A DNA stretch of 64,000 nt, taken from Auanema rhodensis. Its lineage: Eukaryota; Animalia; Nematoda. Where the stretch lies: contig OZ059895.1 in NCBI GenBank assembly GCA_964057225.1, positions 1,798,001 through 1,862,000 on the forward strand. The letters are read 5' to 3'. Positions 26,301 to 39,325 of the stretch are shown piece after piece. Every line of letters starts with the position of its first letter. Position 1 is the first letter of the stretch. A model generated the notes under the pieces. The model made no database searches. It was not told the origin of the DNA and saw only the letters and a program-made list of their open reading frames with translations. Position numbers and translations under genes: made by a program.

Positions 26301-29300
26301 TCGATCTGTGTTATCAGATTTGCGCTAGCTTAAAAATGCACCGAGATATCAACTGATATAAGTTCACACTTATATCCTCGATTTTCACCCTGAAGAATTA
26401 ATTTTTTCGTTGAATAACATCGTCCATCGTCTTTGCCTTGAAAAATGGAATCTAAAAACATCTACTTTTTGCTAAATTATTTTGAAATTTTTCGAAAAAA
26501 TTTTTGTCAAAATGTTTTTGGAAGCAATGTTGAGTGTACATGGAAACTCAACATACACTAATGCATCATTTTTCAAACGATCATAACAAATTTTGGTATC
26601 AAGCGTTTCTCAATGTAGTATAGTGCATTCGATGCGGATTTTTAAGCTGCGGCAATCTGTGTTATCAGATTTGCGCTAACTTAAAAATGCACCGAGATAT
26701 CAACTGATATAAGTTCACACTTATATCCTCGATTTTCACCCTGAAGAATTAATTTTTTCGTTGAATAACATCGTCCATCGTCTTTGCCTTGAAAAATGGA
26801 ATCTAAAAACATCTACTTTTTGCTAAATTATTTTGAAATTTTTCGAAAAAATTTTTGTCAAAATGTTTTTGGAAGCAATGTTGAGTGTACATGGAAACTC
26901 AACATACACTAATGCATCATTTTTCAAACGATCATAACTAATTTTTGTATTAAGCTTTTCTCAATGTAGTATAGTGCATTCGATGCGGATTTTTAAGCTG
27001 CGTCGATCTGTGTTATCAGATTTGCGCTAGCTTAAAAATGCACCGAGATATCAACTGATATAAGTTCACACTTATATCCTCGATTTTCACCCTGAAGAAT
27101 TAATTTTTTCGTTGAATAACATCGTCCATCGTCTTTGCCTTGAAAAATGGAATCTAAAAACATCTACGTTTTGCTAAATTATTTTGAAATTTTTCGAAAA
27201 AATTTTTGTCAAAATGTTTTTGGAAGCAATGTTGAGTGTACATGGAAACTCAACATACACTAATGCATCATTTTTCAAACGATCATAACAAATTTTGGTA
27301 TCAAGCGTTTCTCAATGTAGTATAGTGCATTCGATGCGGATTTTTAAGCTGCGGCAATCTGTGTTATCAGATTTGCGCTAACTTAAAAATGCACCGAGAT
27401 ATCAACTGATATAAGTTCACACTTATATCCTCGATTTTCACCCTGAAGAATTAATTTTTTCGTTGAATAACATCGTCCATCGTCTTTGCCTTGAAAAATG
27501 GAATCTAAAAACATCTACTTTTTGCTAAATTATTTTGAAATTTTTCGAAAAAATTTTTGTCAAAATGTTTTTGGAAGCAATGTTGAGTGTACATGGAAAC
27601 TCAACATACACTAATGCATCATTTTTCAAACGATCATAACTAATTTTTGTATTAAGCTTTTCTCAATGTAGTATAGTGCATTCGATGCGGATTTTTAAGC
27701 TGCGTCGATCTGTGTTATCAGATTTGCGCTAGCTTAAAAATGCACCGAGATATCAACTGATATAAGTTCACACTTATATCCTCGATTTTCACCCTGAAGA
27801 ATTAATTTTTTCGTTGAATAACATCGTCCATCGTCTTTGCCTTGAAAAATGGAATCTAAAAACATCTACGTTTTGCTAAATTATTTTGAAATTTTTCGAA
27901 AAAATTTTTGTCAAAATGTTTTTGGAAGCAATGTTGAGTGTACATGGAAACTCAACATACACTAATGCATCATTTTTCAAACGATCATAACTAATTTTTG
28001 TATTAAGCGTTTCTCAATGTAGTATAGTGCATTCGATGCGGATTTTTAAGCTGCGTCGATCTGTGTTATCAGATTTGCGCTAGCTTAAAAATGCACCGAG
28101 ATATCAACTGATATAAGTTCACACTTATATCCTCGATTTTCACCCTGAAGAATTAATTTTTTCGTTGAATAACATCGTCCATCGTCTTTGCCTTAAAAAA
28201 TGGAATCTAAAAACATCTACTTTTTGCTAAATTATTTTGAAATTTTTCGAAAAAATTTTTGTCAAAATGTTTTTGGAAGCAATGTTGAGTGTACATGGAA
28301 ACTCAACATACACTAATGCATCATTTTTCAAACGATCATAACTAATTTTTGTATTAAGCGTTTCTCAATGTAGTATAGTGCATTCGATGCGGATTTTTAA
28401 GCTGCGTCGATCTGTGTTATCAGATTTGCGCTAGCTTAAAAATGAACCGAGATATCAACTGATATAAGTTCACACTTATATCCTCGATTTTCACCCTGAA
28501 GAATTAATTTTTTCGTTGAATAACATCGTCCATCGTCTTTGCCTTGAAAAATGGAATCTAAAAACATCTACTTTTTGCTAAATTATTTTGAAATTTTTCG
28601 AAAAAATTTTAGTCAAAATGTTTTTGGAAGCAATGTTGGGTGTACATGGAAACTCAACATACACTAATGCATCATTTTTCAAACGATCATAACTAATTTT
28701 TGTATTAAGCTTTTCTCAATGTAGTATAGTGCATTCGATGCGGATTTTTAAGCTGCGTCGATCTGTGTTATCAGATTTGCGCTAGCTTAAAAATGCACCG
28801 AGATATCAACTGATATAAGTTCACACTTATATCCTCGATTTTCACCCTGAAGAATTAATTTTTTCGTTGAATAACATCGTCCATCGTCTTTGCCTTGAAA
28901 AATGGAATCTAAAAACATCTACTTTTTGCTAAATTATTTTGAAATTTTTCGAAAAAATTTTTGTCAAAATGTTTTTGGAAGCAATGTTGAGTGTACATGG
29001 AAACTCAACATACACTAATGCATCATTTTTCAAACGATCATAACTAATTTTTGTATTAAGCTTTTCTCAATGTAGTATAGTGCGTTCGATGCGGATTTTC
29101 AAGCTGCGTCGATCTGTGTTATCAGATTTGCGCTAGCTTAAAAATGCACCGAGATATCAACTGATATAAGTTCACACTTATATCCTCGATTTTCACCCTG
29201 AAGAATTAAATTTTTCGTTGAATAACATCGTCCATCGTCTTTGCCTTGAAAAATGGAATCTAAAAACATCTACTTTTTGCTAAATTATTTTGAAATTTTT

Positions 29301-32300
29301 CGAAAAAATTTTTGTCAAAATGTTTTTGGAAGCAATGTTGAGTGTACATGGAAACTCAACATACACTAATGCATCATTTTTCAAACGATCATAACTAATT
29401 TTTGTATTAAGCTTTTCTCAATGTAGTATAGTGCATTCGATGCGGATTTTTAAGCTGCGTCGATCTGTGTTATCAGATTTGCGCTAGCTTAAAAATGCAC
29501 CGAGATATCAACTGATATAAGTTCACACTTATATCCTCGATTTTCACCCTGAAGAATTAATTTTTTCGTTGAATAACATCGTCCATCGTCTTTGCCTTGA
29601 AAAATGGAATCTAAAAACATCTACTTTTTGCTAAATTATTTTGAAATTTTTCGAAAAAATTTTTGTCAAAATGTTTTTGGAAGCAATGTTGAGTGTACAT
29701 GGAAACTCAACATACACTAATGCATCATTTTTCAAACGATCATAACTAATTTTTGTATTAAGCTTTTCTCAATGTAGTATAGTGCATTCGATGCGGATTT
29801 TTAAGCTGCGTCGATCTGTGTTATCAGATTTGCGCTAGCTTAAAAATGCACCGAGATATCAACTGATATAAGTTCACACTTATATCCTCGATTTTCACCC
29901 TGAAGAATTAATTTTTTCGTTGAATAACATCGTCCATCGTCTTTGCCTTAAAAAATGGAATCTAAAAACATCTACTTTTTGCTAAATTATTTTGAAATTT
30001 TTCGAAAAAATTTTTGTCAAAATGTTTTTGGAAGCAATGTTGAGTGTACATGGAAACTCAACATACACTAATGCATCATTTTTCAAACGATCATAACTAA
30101 TTTTTGTATTAAGCGTTTCTCAATGTAGTATAGTGCATTCGATGCGGATTTTTAAGCTGCGTCGATCTGTGTTATCAGATTTGCGCTAGCTTAAAAATGA
30201 ACCGAGATATCAACTGATATAAGTTCACACTTATATCCTCGATTTTCACCCTGAAGAATTAATTTTTTCGTTGAATAACATCGTCCATCGTCTTTGCCTT
30301 GAAAAATGGAATCTAAAAACATCTACTTTTTGCTAAATTATTTTGAAATTTTTCGAAAAAATTTTTGTCAAAATGTTTTTGGAAGCAATGTTGAGTGTAC
30401 ATGGAAACTCAACATACACTAATGCATCATTTTTCAAACGATTATAACTAATTTTTGTATTAAGCGTTTCTCAATGTAGTATAGTGCATTCGATGCGGAT
30501 TTTTAAGCTGCGTCGATCTGTGTTATCAGATTTGCGCTATCTTAAAAATGCACCGAGATATCAACTGATATAAGTTCACACTTATATCCTCGATTTTCAC
30601 CCTGAAGAATTAATTTTTTCGTTGAATAACATCGTCCATCGTCTTTGCCTTGAAAAATGGAATCTAAAAACATCTACTTTTTGCTAAATTATTTTGAAAT
30701 TTTTCGAAAAAATTTTTGTCAAAATGTTTTTGGAAGCAATGTTGAGTGTACATGGAAACTCAACATACACTAATGCATCATTTTTCAAACGATCATAACT
30801 AATTTTTGTATTAAACGTTTCTCAATGTAGTATAGTGCATTCGATGCGGATTTTTAAGCTGCGTCGATCTGTGTTATCAGATTTGCGCTAGCTTAAAAAT
30901 GCACCGAGATATCAACTGATATAAGTTCACACTTATATCCTCGATTTTCACCCTGAAGAATTAATTTTTTCGTTGAATAACATCGTCCATCGTCTTTGCC
31001 TTGAAAAATGGAATCTAAAAACATCTACTTTTTGCTAAATTATTTTGAAATTTTTCGAAAAAATTTTTGTCAAAATGTTTTTGGAAGCAATGTTGAGTGT
31101 ACATGGAAACTCAACATACACTAATGCATCATTTTTCAAACGATCATAACAAATTTTGGTATCAAGCGTTTCTCAATGTAGTATAGTGCATTCGATGCGG
31201 ATTTTTAAGCTGCGGCAATCTGTGTTATCAGATTTGCGCTAACTTAAAAATGCACCGAGATATCAACTGATATAAGTTCACACTTATATCCTCGATTTTC
31301 ACCCTGAAGAATTAATTTTTTCGTTGAATAACATCGTCCATCGTCTTTGCCTTGAAAAATGGAATCTAAAAACATCTACTTTTTGCTAAATTATTTTGAA
31401 ATTTTTCGAAAAAATTTTTGTCAAAATGTTTTTGGAAGCAATGTTGAGTGTACATGGAAACTCAACATACACTAATGCATCATTTTTCAAACGATCATAA
31501 CTAATTTTTGTATTAAGCTTTTCTCAATGTAGTATAGTGCATTCGATGCGGATTTTTAAGCTGCGTCGATCTGTGTTATCAGATTTGCGCTAGCTTAAAA
31601 ATGCACCGAGATATCAACTGATATAAGTTCACACTTATATCCTCGATTTTCACCCTGAAGAATTAATTTTTTCGTTGAATAACATCGTCCATCGTCTTTG
31701 CCTTGAAAAATGGAATCTAAAAACATCTACGTTTTGCTAAATTATTTTGAAATTTTTCGAAAAAATTTTTGTCAAAATGTTTTTGGAAGCAATGTTGAGT
31801 GTACATGGAAACTCAACATACACTAATGCATCATTTTTCAAACGATCATAACTAATTTTTGTATTAAACGTTTCTCAATGTAGTATAGTGCATTCGATGC
31901 GGATTTTTAAGCTGCGTCGATCTGTGTTATCAGATTTGCGCTAGCTTAAAAATGCACCGAGATATCAACTGATATAAGTTCACACTTATATCCTCGATTT
32001 TCACCCTGAAGAATTAATTTTTTCGTTGAATAACATCGTCCATCGTCTTTGCCTTGAAAAATGGAATCTAAAAACATCTACTTTTTGCTAAATTATTTTG
32101 AAATTTTTCGAAAAAATTTTTGTCAAAATGTTTTTGGAAGCAATGTTGAGTGTACATGGAAACTCAACAAACACTAATGCATCATTTTTCAAACGATCAT
32201 AACAAATTTTGGTATCAAGCGTTTCTCAATGTAGTATAGTGCATTCGATGCGGATTTTTAAGCTGCGGCAATCTGTGTTATCAGATTTGCGCTAACTTAA

Positions 32301-35300
32301 AAATGCACCGAGATATCAACTGATATAAGTTCACACTTATATCCTCGATTTTCACCCTGAACAATTAATTTTTTCGTTGAATAACATCGTCCATCGTCTT
32401 TGCCTTGAAAAATGGAATCTAAAAACATCTACTTTTTGCTAAATTATTTTGAAATTTTTCGAAAAAATTTTTGTCAAAATGTTTTTGGAAGCAATGTTGA
32501 GTGTACATGGAAACTCAACATACACTAATGCATCATTTTTCAAACGATCATAACTAATTTTTGTATTAAGCTTTTCTCAATGTAGTATAGTGCATTCGAT
32601 GCGGATTTTTAAGCTGCGTCGATCTGTGTTATCAGATTTGCGCTAGCTTAAAAATGCACCGAGATATCAACTGATATAAGTTCACACTTATATCCTCGAT
32701 TTTCACCCTGAAGAATTAATTTTTTCGTTGAATAACATCGTCCATCGTCTTTGCCTTGAAAAATGGAATCTAAAAACATCTACGTTTTGCTAAATTATTT
32801 TGAAATTTTTCGAAAAAATTTTTGTCAAAATGTTTTTGGAAGCAATGTTGAGTGTACATGGAAACTCAACATACACTAATGCATCATTTTTCAAACGATC
32901 ATAACTAATTTTTGTATTAAGCGTTTCTCAATGTAGTATAGTGCATTCGATGCGGATTTTTAAGCTGCGTCGATCTGTGTTATCAGATTTGCGCTAGCTT
33001 AAAAATGCACCGAGATATCAACTGATATAAGTTCACACTTATATCCTCGATTTTCACCCTGAAGAATTAATTTTTTCGTTGAATAACATCGTCCATCGTC
33101 TTTGCCTTAAAAAATGGAATCTAAAAACATCTACTTTTTGCTAAATTATTTTGAAATTTTTCGAAAAAATTTTTGTCAAAATGTTTTTGGAAGCAATGTT
33201 GAGTGTACATGGAAACTCAACATACACTAATGCATCATTTTTCAAACGATCATAACTAATTTTTGTATTAAGCGTTTCTCAATGTAGTATAGTGCATTCG
33301 ATGCGGATTTTTAAGCTGCGTCGATCTGTGTTATCAGATTTGCGCTAGCTTAAAAATGAACCGAGATATCAACTGATATAAGTTCACACTTATATCCTCG
33401 ATTTTCACCCTGAAGAATTAATTTTTTCGTTGAATAACATCGTCCATCGTCTTTGCCTTGAAAAATGGAATCTAAAAACATCTACTTTTTGCTAAATTAT
33501 TTTGAAATTTTTCGAAAAAATTTTTGTCAAAATGTTTTTGGAAGCAATGTTGAGTGTACATGGAAACTCAACATACACTAATGCATCATTTTTCAAACGA
33601 TTATAACTAATTTTTGTATCAAGCGTTTCTCAATGTAGTATAGTGCATTCGATGCGGATTTTTAAGCTGCGTCGATCTGTGTTATCAGATTTGCGCTAGC
33701 TTAAAAATGCACCGAGATATCAACTGATATAAGTTCACACTTATATCCTCGATTTTCACCCTGAAGAATTAATTTTTTCGTTGAATAACATCGTCCATCG
33801 TCTTTGCCTTGAAAAATGGAATCTAAAAACATCTACTTTTTGCTAAATTATTTTGAAATTTTTCGAAAAAATTTTTGTCAAAATGTTTTTGGAAGCAATG
33901 TTGAGTGTACATGGAAACTCAACATACACTAATGCATCATTTTTCAAACGATCATAACTAATTTTTGTATTAAACGTTTCTCAATGTAGTATAGTGCATT
34001 CGATGCGGATTTTTAAGCTGCGTCGATCTGTGTTATCAGATTTGCGCTAGCTTAAAAATGCACCGAGATATCAACTGATATAAGTTCACACTTATATCCT
34101 CGATTTTCACCCTGAAGAATTAATTTTTTCGTTGAATAACATCGTCCATCGTCTTTGCCTTGAAAAATGGAATCTAAAAACATCTACTTTTTGCTAAATT
34201 ATTTTGAAATTTTTCGAAAAAATTTTTGTCAAAATGTTTTTGGAAGCAATGTTGAGTGTACATGGAAACTCAACATACACTAATGCATCATTTTTCAAAC
34301 GATCATAACAAATTTTGGTATCAAGCGTTTCTCAATGTAGTATAGTGCATTCGATGCGGATTTTTAAGCTGCGGCAATCTGTGTTATCAGATTTGCGCTA
34401 ACTTAAAAATGCACCGAGATATCAACTGATATAAGTTCACACTTATATCCTCGATTTTCACCCTGAAGAATTAATTTTTTCGTTGAATAACATCGTCCAT
34501 CGTCTTTGCCTTGAAAAATGGAATCTAAAAACATCTACTTTTTGCTAAATTATTTTGAAATTTTTCGAAAAAATTTTTGTCAAAATGTTTTTGGAAGCAA
34601 TGTTGAGTGTACATGGAAACTCAACATACACTAATGCATCATTTTTCAAACGATCATAACTAATTTTTGTATTAAGCTTTTCTCAATGTAGTATAGTGCA
34701 TTCGATGCGGATTTTTAAGCTGCGGCAATCTGTGTTATCAGATTTGCGCTAACTTAAAAATGCACCGAGATATCAACTGATATAAGTTCACACTTATATC
34801 CTCGATTTTCACCCTGAAGAATTAATTTTTTCGTTGAATAACATCGTCCATCGTCTTTGCCTTGAAAAATGGAATCTAAAAACATCTACTTTTTGCTAAA
34901 TTATTTTGAAATTTTTCGAAAAAATTTTTGTCAAAATGTTTTTGGAAGCAATGTTGAGTGTACATGGAAACTCAACATACACTAATGCATCATTTTTCAA
35001 ACGATCATAACTAATTTTTGTATTAAGCTTTTCTCAATGTAGTATAGTGCATTCGATGCGGATTTTTAAGCTGCGTCGATCTGTGTTATCAGATTTGCGC
35101 TAGCTTAAAAATGCACCGAGATATCAACTGATATAAGTTCACACTTATATCCTCGATTTTCACCCTGAAGAATTAATTTTTTCGTTGAATAACATCGTCC
35201 ATCGTCTTTGCCTTGAAAAATGGAATCTAAAAACATCTACGTTTTGCTAAATTATTTTGAAATTTTTCGAAAAAATTTTTGTCAAAATGTTTTTGGAAGC

Positions 35301-36517
35301 AATGTTGAGTGTACATGGAAACTCAACATACACTAATGCATCATTTTTCAAACGATCATAACTAATTTTTGTATTAAGCGTTTCTCAATGTAGTATAGTG
35401 CATTCGATGCGGATTTTTAAGCTGCGTCGATCTGTGTTATCAGATTTGCGCTAGCTTAAAAATGCACCGAGATATCAACTGATATAAGTTCACACTTATA
35501 TCCTCGATTTTCACCCTGAAGAATTAATTTTTTCGTTGAATAACATCGTCCATCGTCTTTGCCTTGAAAAATGGAATCTAAAAACATCTACTTTTTGCTA
35601 AATTATTTTGAAATTTTTCGAAAAAATTTTAGTCAAAATGTTTTTGGAAGCAATGTTGGGTGTACATGGAAACTCAACATACACTAATGCATCATTTTTC
35701 AAACGATCATAACTAATTTTTGTATTAAGCTTTTCTCAATGTAGTATAGTGCATTCGATGCGGATTTTTAAGCTGCGTCGATCTGTGTTATCAGATTTGC
35801 GCTAGCTTAAAAATGCACCGAGATATCAACTGATATAAGTTCACACTTATATCCTCGATTTTCACCCTGAAGAATTAATTTTTTCGTTGAATAACATCGT
35901 CCATCGTCTTTGCCTTGAAAAATGGAATCTAAAAACATCTACTTTTTGCTAAATTATTTTGAAATTTTTCGAAAAAATTTTTGTCAAAATGTTTTTGGAA
36001 GCAATGTTGAGTGTACATGGAAACTCAACATACACTAATGCATCATTTTTCAAACGATCATAACTAATTTTTGTATTAAGCTTTTCTCAATGTAGTATAG
36101 TGCGTTCGATGCGGATTTTCAAGCTGCGTCGATCTGTGTTATCAGATTTGCGCTAGCTTAAAAATGCACCGAGATATCAACTGATATAAGTTCACACTTA
36201 TATCCTCGATTTTCACCCTGAAGAATTAAATTTTTCGTTGAATAACATCGTCCATCGTCTTTGCCTTGAAAAATGGAATCTAAAAACATCTACTTTTTGC
36301 TAAATTATTTTGAAATTTTTCGAAAAAATTTTTGTCAAAATGTTTTTGGAAGCAATGTTGAGTGTACATGGAAACTCAACATACACTAATGCATCATTTT
36401 TCAAACGATCATAACTAATTTTTGTATTAAGCGTTTCTCAATGTAGTATAGTGCATTCGATGCGGATTTTTAAGCTGCGTCGATCTGTGTTATCAGATTT
36501 GCGCTAGCTTAAAAATG
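20372..36517. repeat. Array domain II (monomers 59-104): T83C nearly fixed, nested higher-order repeats
   Basis: CATCGTCC occurs in almost every copy. Private markers are AACAAATTTTGG+GGCAATC, CTACGTTTTG, CCTTAAAAA and AATGAACCG. Confidence 0.8.
22127..36517. repeat. ~7.7-kb (22-monomer) segmental duplication within the array
   Basis: Rare markers recur at +7722 bp: AATGAACCG at 22478/30200 and 25637/33359; CTACG at 24009/31731; AACAAATTTTGG in monomers 67, 70, 76 and 89, 92, 98. Confidence 0.88.
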
Positions 36518-39325
36518 CACCGAGATATCAACTGATATAAGTTCACACTTATATCCTCGATTTTCACCCTGAAGAATTAATTTTTTCGTTGAATAACATC
36601 GTCCATCGTCTTTGCCTTGTAAAATGGAATCTAAAAACATCTACTTTTTGCTAAATTATTTTGAAATTTTTCGAAAAAATTTTTGTCAAAATGTTTTTGG
36701 AAGCAATGTTGAGTGTACATGGAAACTCAACATACACTAATGCATCATTTTTCAAACGATCATAACTAATTTTTGTATTAAGCTTTTCTCAATGTAGTAT
36801 AGTGCATTCGATGCGGATTTTTAAGCTGCGTCGATCTGTGTTATCAGATTTGCGCTAGCTTAAAAATGCACCGAGATATCAACTGATATAAGTTCACACT
36901 TATATCCTCGATTTTCACCCTGAAGAATTAATTTTTTCGTTGAATAACATCGTCCATCGTCTTTGCCTTGAAAAATGGAATCTAAAAACATCTACTTTTT
37001 GCTAAATTATTTTGAAATTTTTCGAAAAAATTTTTGTCAAAATGTTTTTGGAAGCAATGTTGAGTGTACATGGAAACTCAACATACACTAATGCATCATT
37101 TTTCAAACGATCATAACTAATTTTTGTATTAAGCTTTTCTCAATGTAGTATAGTGCATTCGATGCGGATTTTTAAGCTGCGTCGATCTGTGTTATCAGAT
37201 TTGCGCTAGCTTAAAAATGCACCGAGATATCAACTGATATAAGTTCACACTTATATCCTCGATTTTCACCCTGAAGAATTAATTTTTTCGTTGAATAACA
37301 TTGTCCATCGTCTTTGCCTTGAAAAATGGAATCTAAAAACATCTACTTTTTGCTAAATTATTTTGAAATTTTTCGAAAAAATTTTTGTCAAAATGTTTTT
37401 GGAAGCAATGTTGAGTGTACATGGAAACTCAACATACACTAATGCATCATTTTTCAAACGATCATAACTAATTTTTGTATTAAGCGTTTCTCAATGTAGT
37501 ATAGTGCATTCGATGCGGATTTTTAAGCTGCGTCGATCTGTGTTATCAGATTTGCGCTAGCTTAAAAATGCACCGAGATATCAACTGATATAAGTTCACA
37601 CTTATATCCTCGATTTTCACCCTGAAGAATTAATTTTTTCGTTGAATAACATTGTCCATCGTCTTTGCCTTGAAAAATGGAATCTAAAAACATCTACTTT
37701 TTGCTAAATTATTTTGAAATTTTTCGAAAAAATTTTTGTCAAAATGTTTTTGGAAGCAATGTTGAGTGTACATGGAAACTCAACATACACTAATGCATCA
37801 TTTTTCAAACGATCATAACTAATTTTTGTATTAAGCGTTTCTCAATGTAGTATAGTGCATTCGATGCGGATTTTTAAGCTGCGTCGATCTGTGTTATCAG
37901 ATTTGCGCTAGCTTAAAAATGCACCGAGATATCAACTGATATAAGTTCACACTTATATCCTCGATTTTCACCCTGAAGAATTAATTTTTTCGTTGAATAA
38001 CATCGTCCATCGTCTTTGCCTTGTAAAATGGAATCTAAAAACATCTACTTTTTGCTAAATTATTTTGAAATTTTTCGAAAAAATTTTTGTCAAAATGTTT
38101 TTGGAAGCAATGTTGAGTGTACATGGAAACTCAACATACACTAATGCATCATTTTTCAAACGATCATAACTAATTTTTGTATTAAGCTTTTCTCAATGTA
38201 GTATAGTGCATTCGATGCGGATTTTTAAGCTGCGTCGATCTGTGTTATCAGATTTGCGCTAGCTTAAAAATGCACCGAGATATCAACTGATATAAGTTCA
38301 CACTTATATCCTCGATTTTCACCCTGAAGAATTAATTTTTTCGTTGAATAACATCGTCCATCGTCTTTGCCTTGAAAAATGGAATCTAAAAACATCTACT
38401 TTTTGCTAAATTATTTTGAAATTTTTCGAAAAAATTTTTGTCAAAATGTTTTTGGAAGCAATGTTGAGTGTACATGGAAACTCAACATACACTAATGCAT
38501 CATTTTTCAAACGATCATAACTAATTTTTGTATTAAGCTTTTCTCAATGTAGTATAGTGCATTCGATGCGGATTTTTAAGCTGCGTCGATCTGTGTTATC
38601 AGATTTGCGCTAGCTTAAAAATGCACCGAGATATCAACTGATATAAGTTCACACTTATATCCTCGATTTTCACCCTGAAGAATTAATTTTTTCGTTGAAT
38701 AACATTGTCCATCGTCTTTGCCTTGAAAAATGGAATCTAAAAACATCTACTTTTTGCTAAATTATTTTGAAATTTTTCGAAAAAATTTTTGTCAAAATGT
38801 TTTTGGAAGCAATGTTGAGTGTACATGGAAACTCAACATACACTAATGCATCATTTTTCAAACGATCATAACTAATTTTTGTATTAAGCGTTTCTCAATG
38901 TAGTATAGTGCATTCGATGCGGATTTTTAAGCTGCGTCGATCTGTGTTATCAGATTTGCGCTAGCTTAAAAATGCACCGAGATATCAACTGATATAAGTT
39001 CACACTTATATCCTCGATTTTCACCCTGAAGAATTAATTTTTTCGTTGAATAACATTGTCCATCGTCTTTGCCTTGAAAAATGGAATCTAAAAACATCTA
39101 CTTTTTGCTAAATTATTTTGAAATTTTTCGAAAAAATTTTTGTCAAAATGTTTTTGGAAGCAATGTTGAGTGTACATGGAAACTCAACATACACTAATGC
39201 ATCATTTTTCAAACGATCATAACTAATTTTTGTATTAAGCGTTTCTCAATGTAGTATAGTGCATTCGATGCGGATTTTTAAGCTGCGTCGATCTGTGTTA
39301 TCAGATTTGCGCTAGCTTAAAAATG
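36518..39325. repeat. Tandem duplication of a 4-monomer (1404-bp) unit
   Basis: Monomers 105-108 match 109-112: TTGTAAAATG at 36620 and 38024, with the same m83/m267 allele order. Confidence 0.82.
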
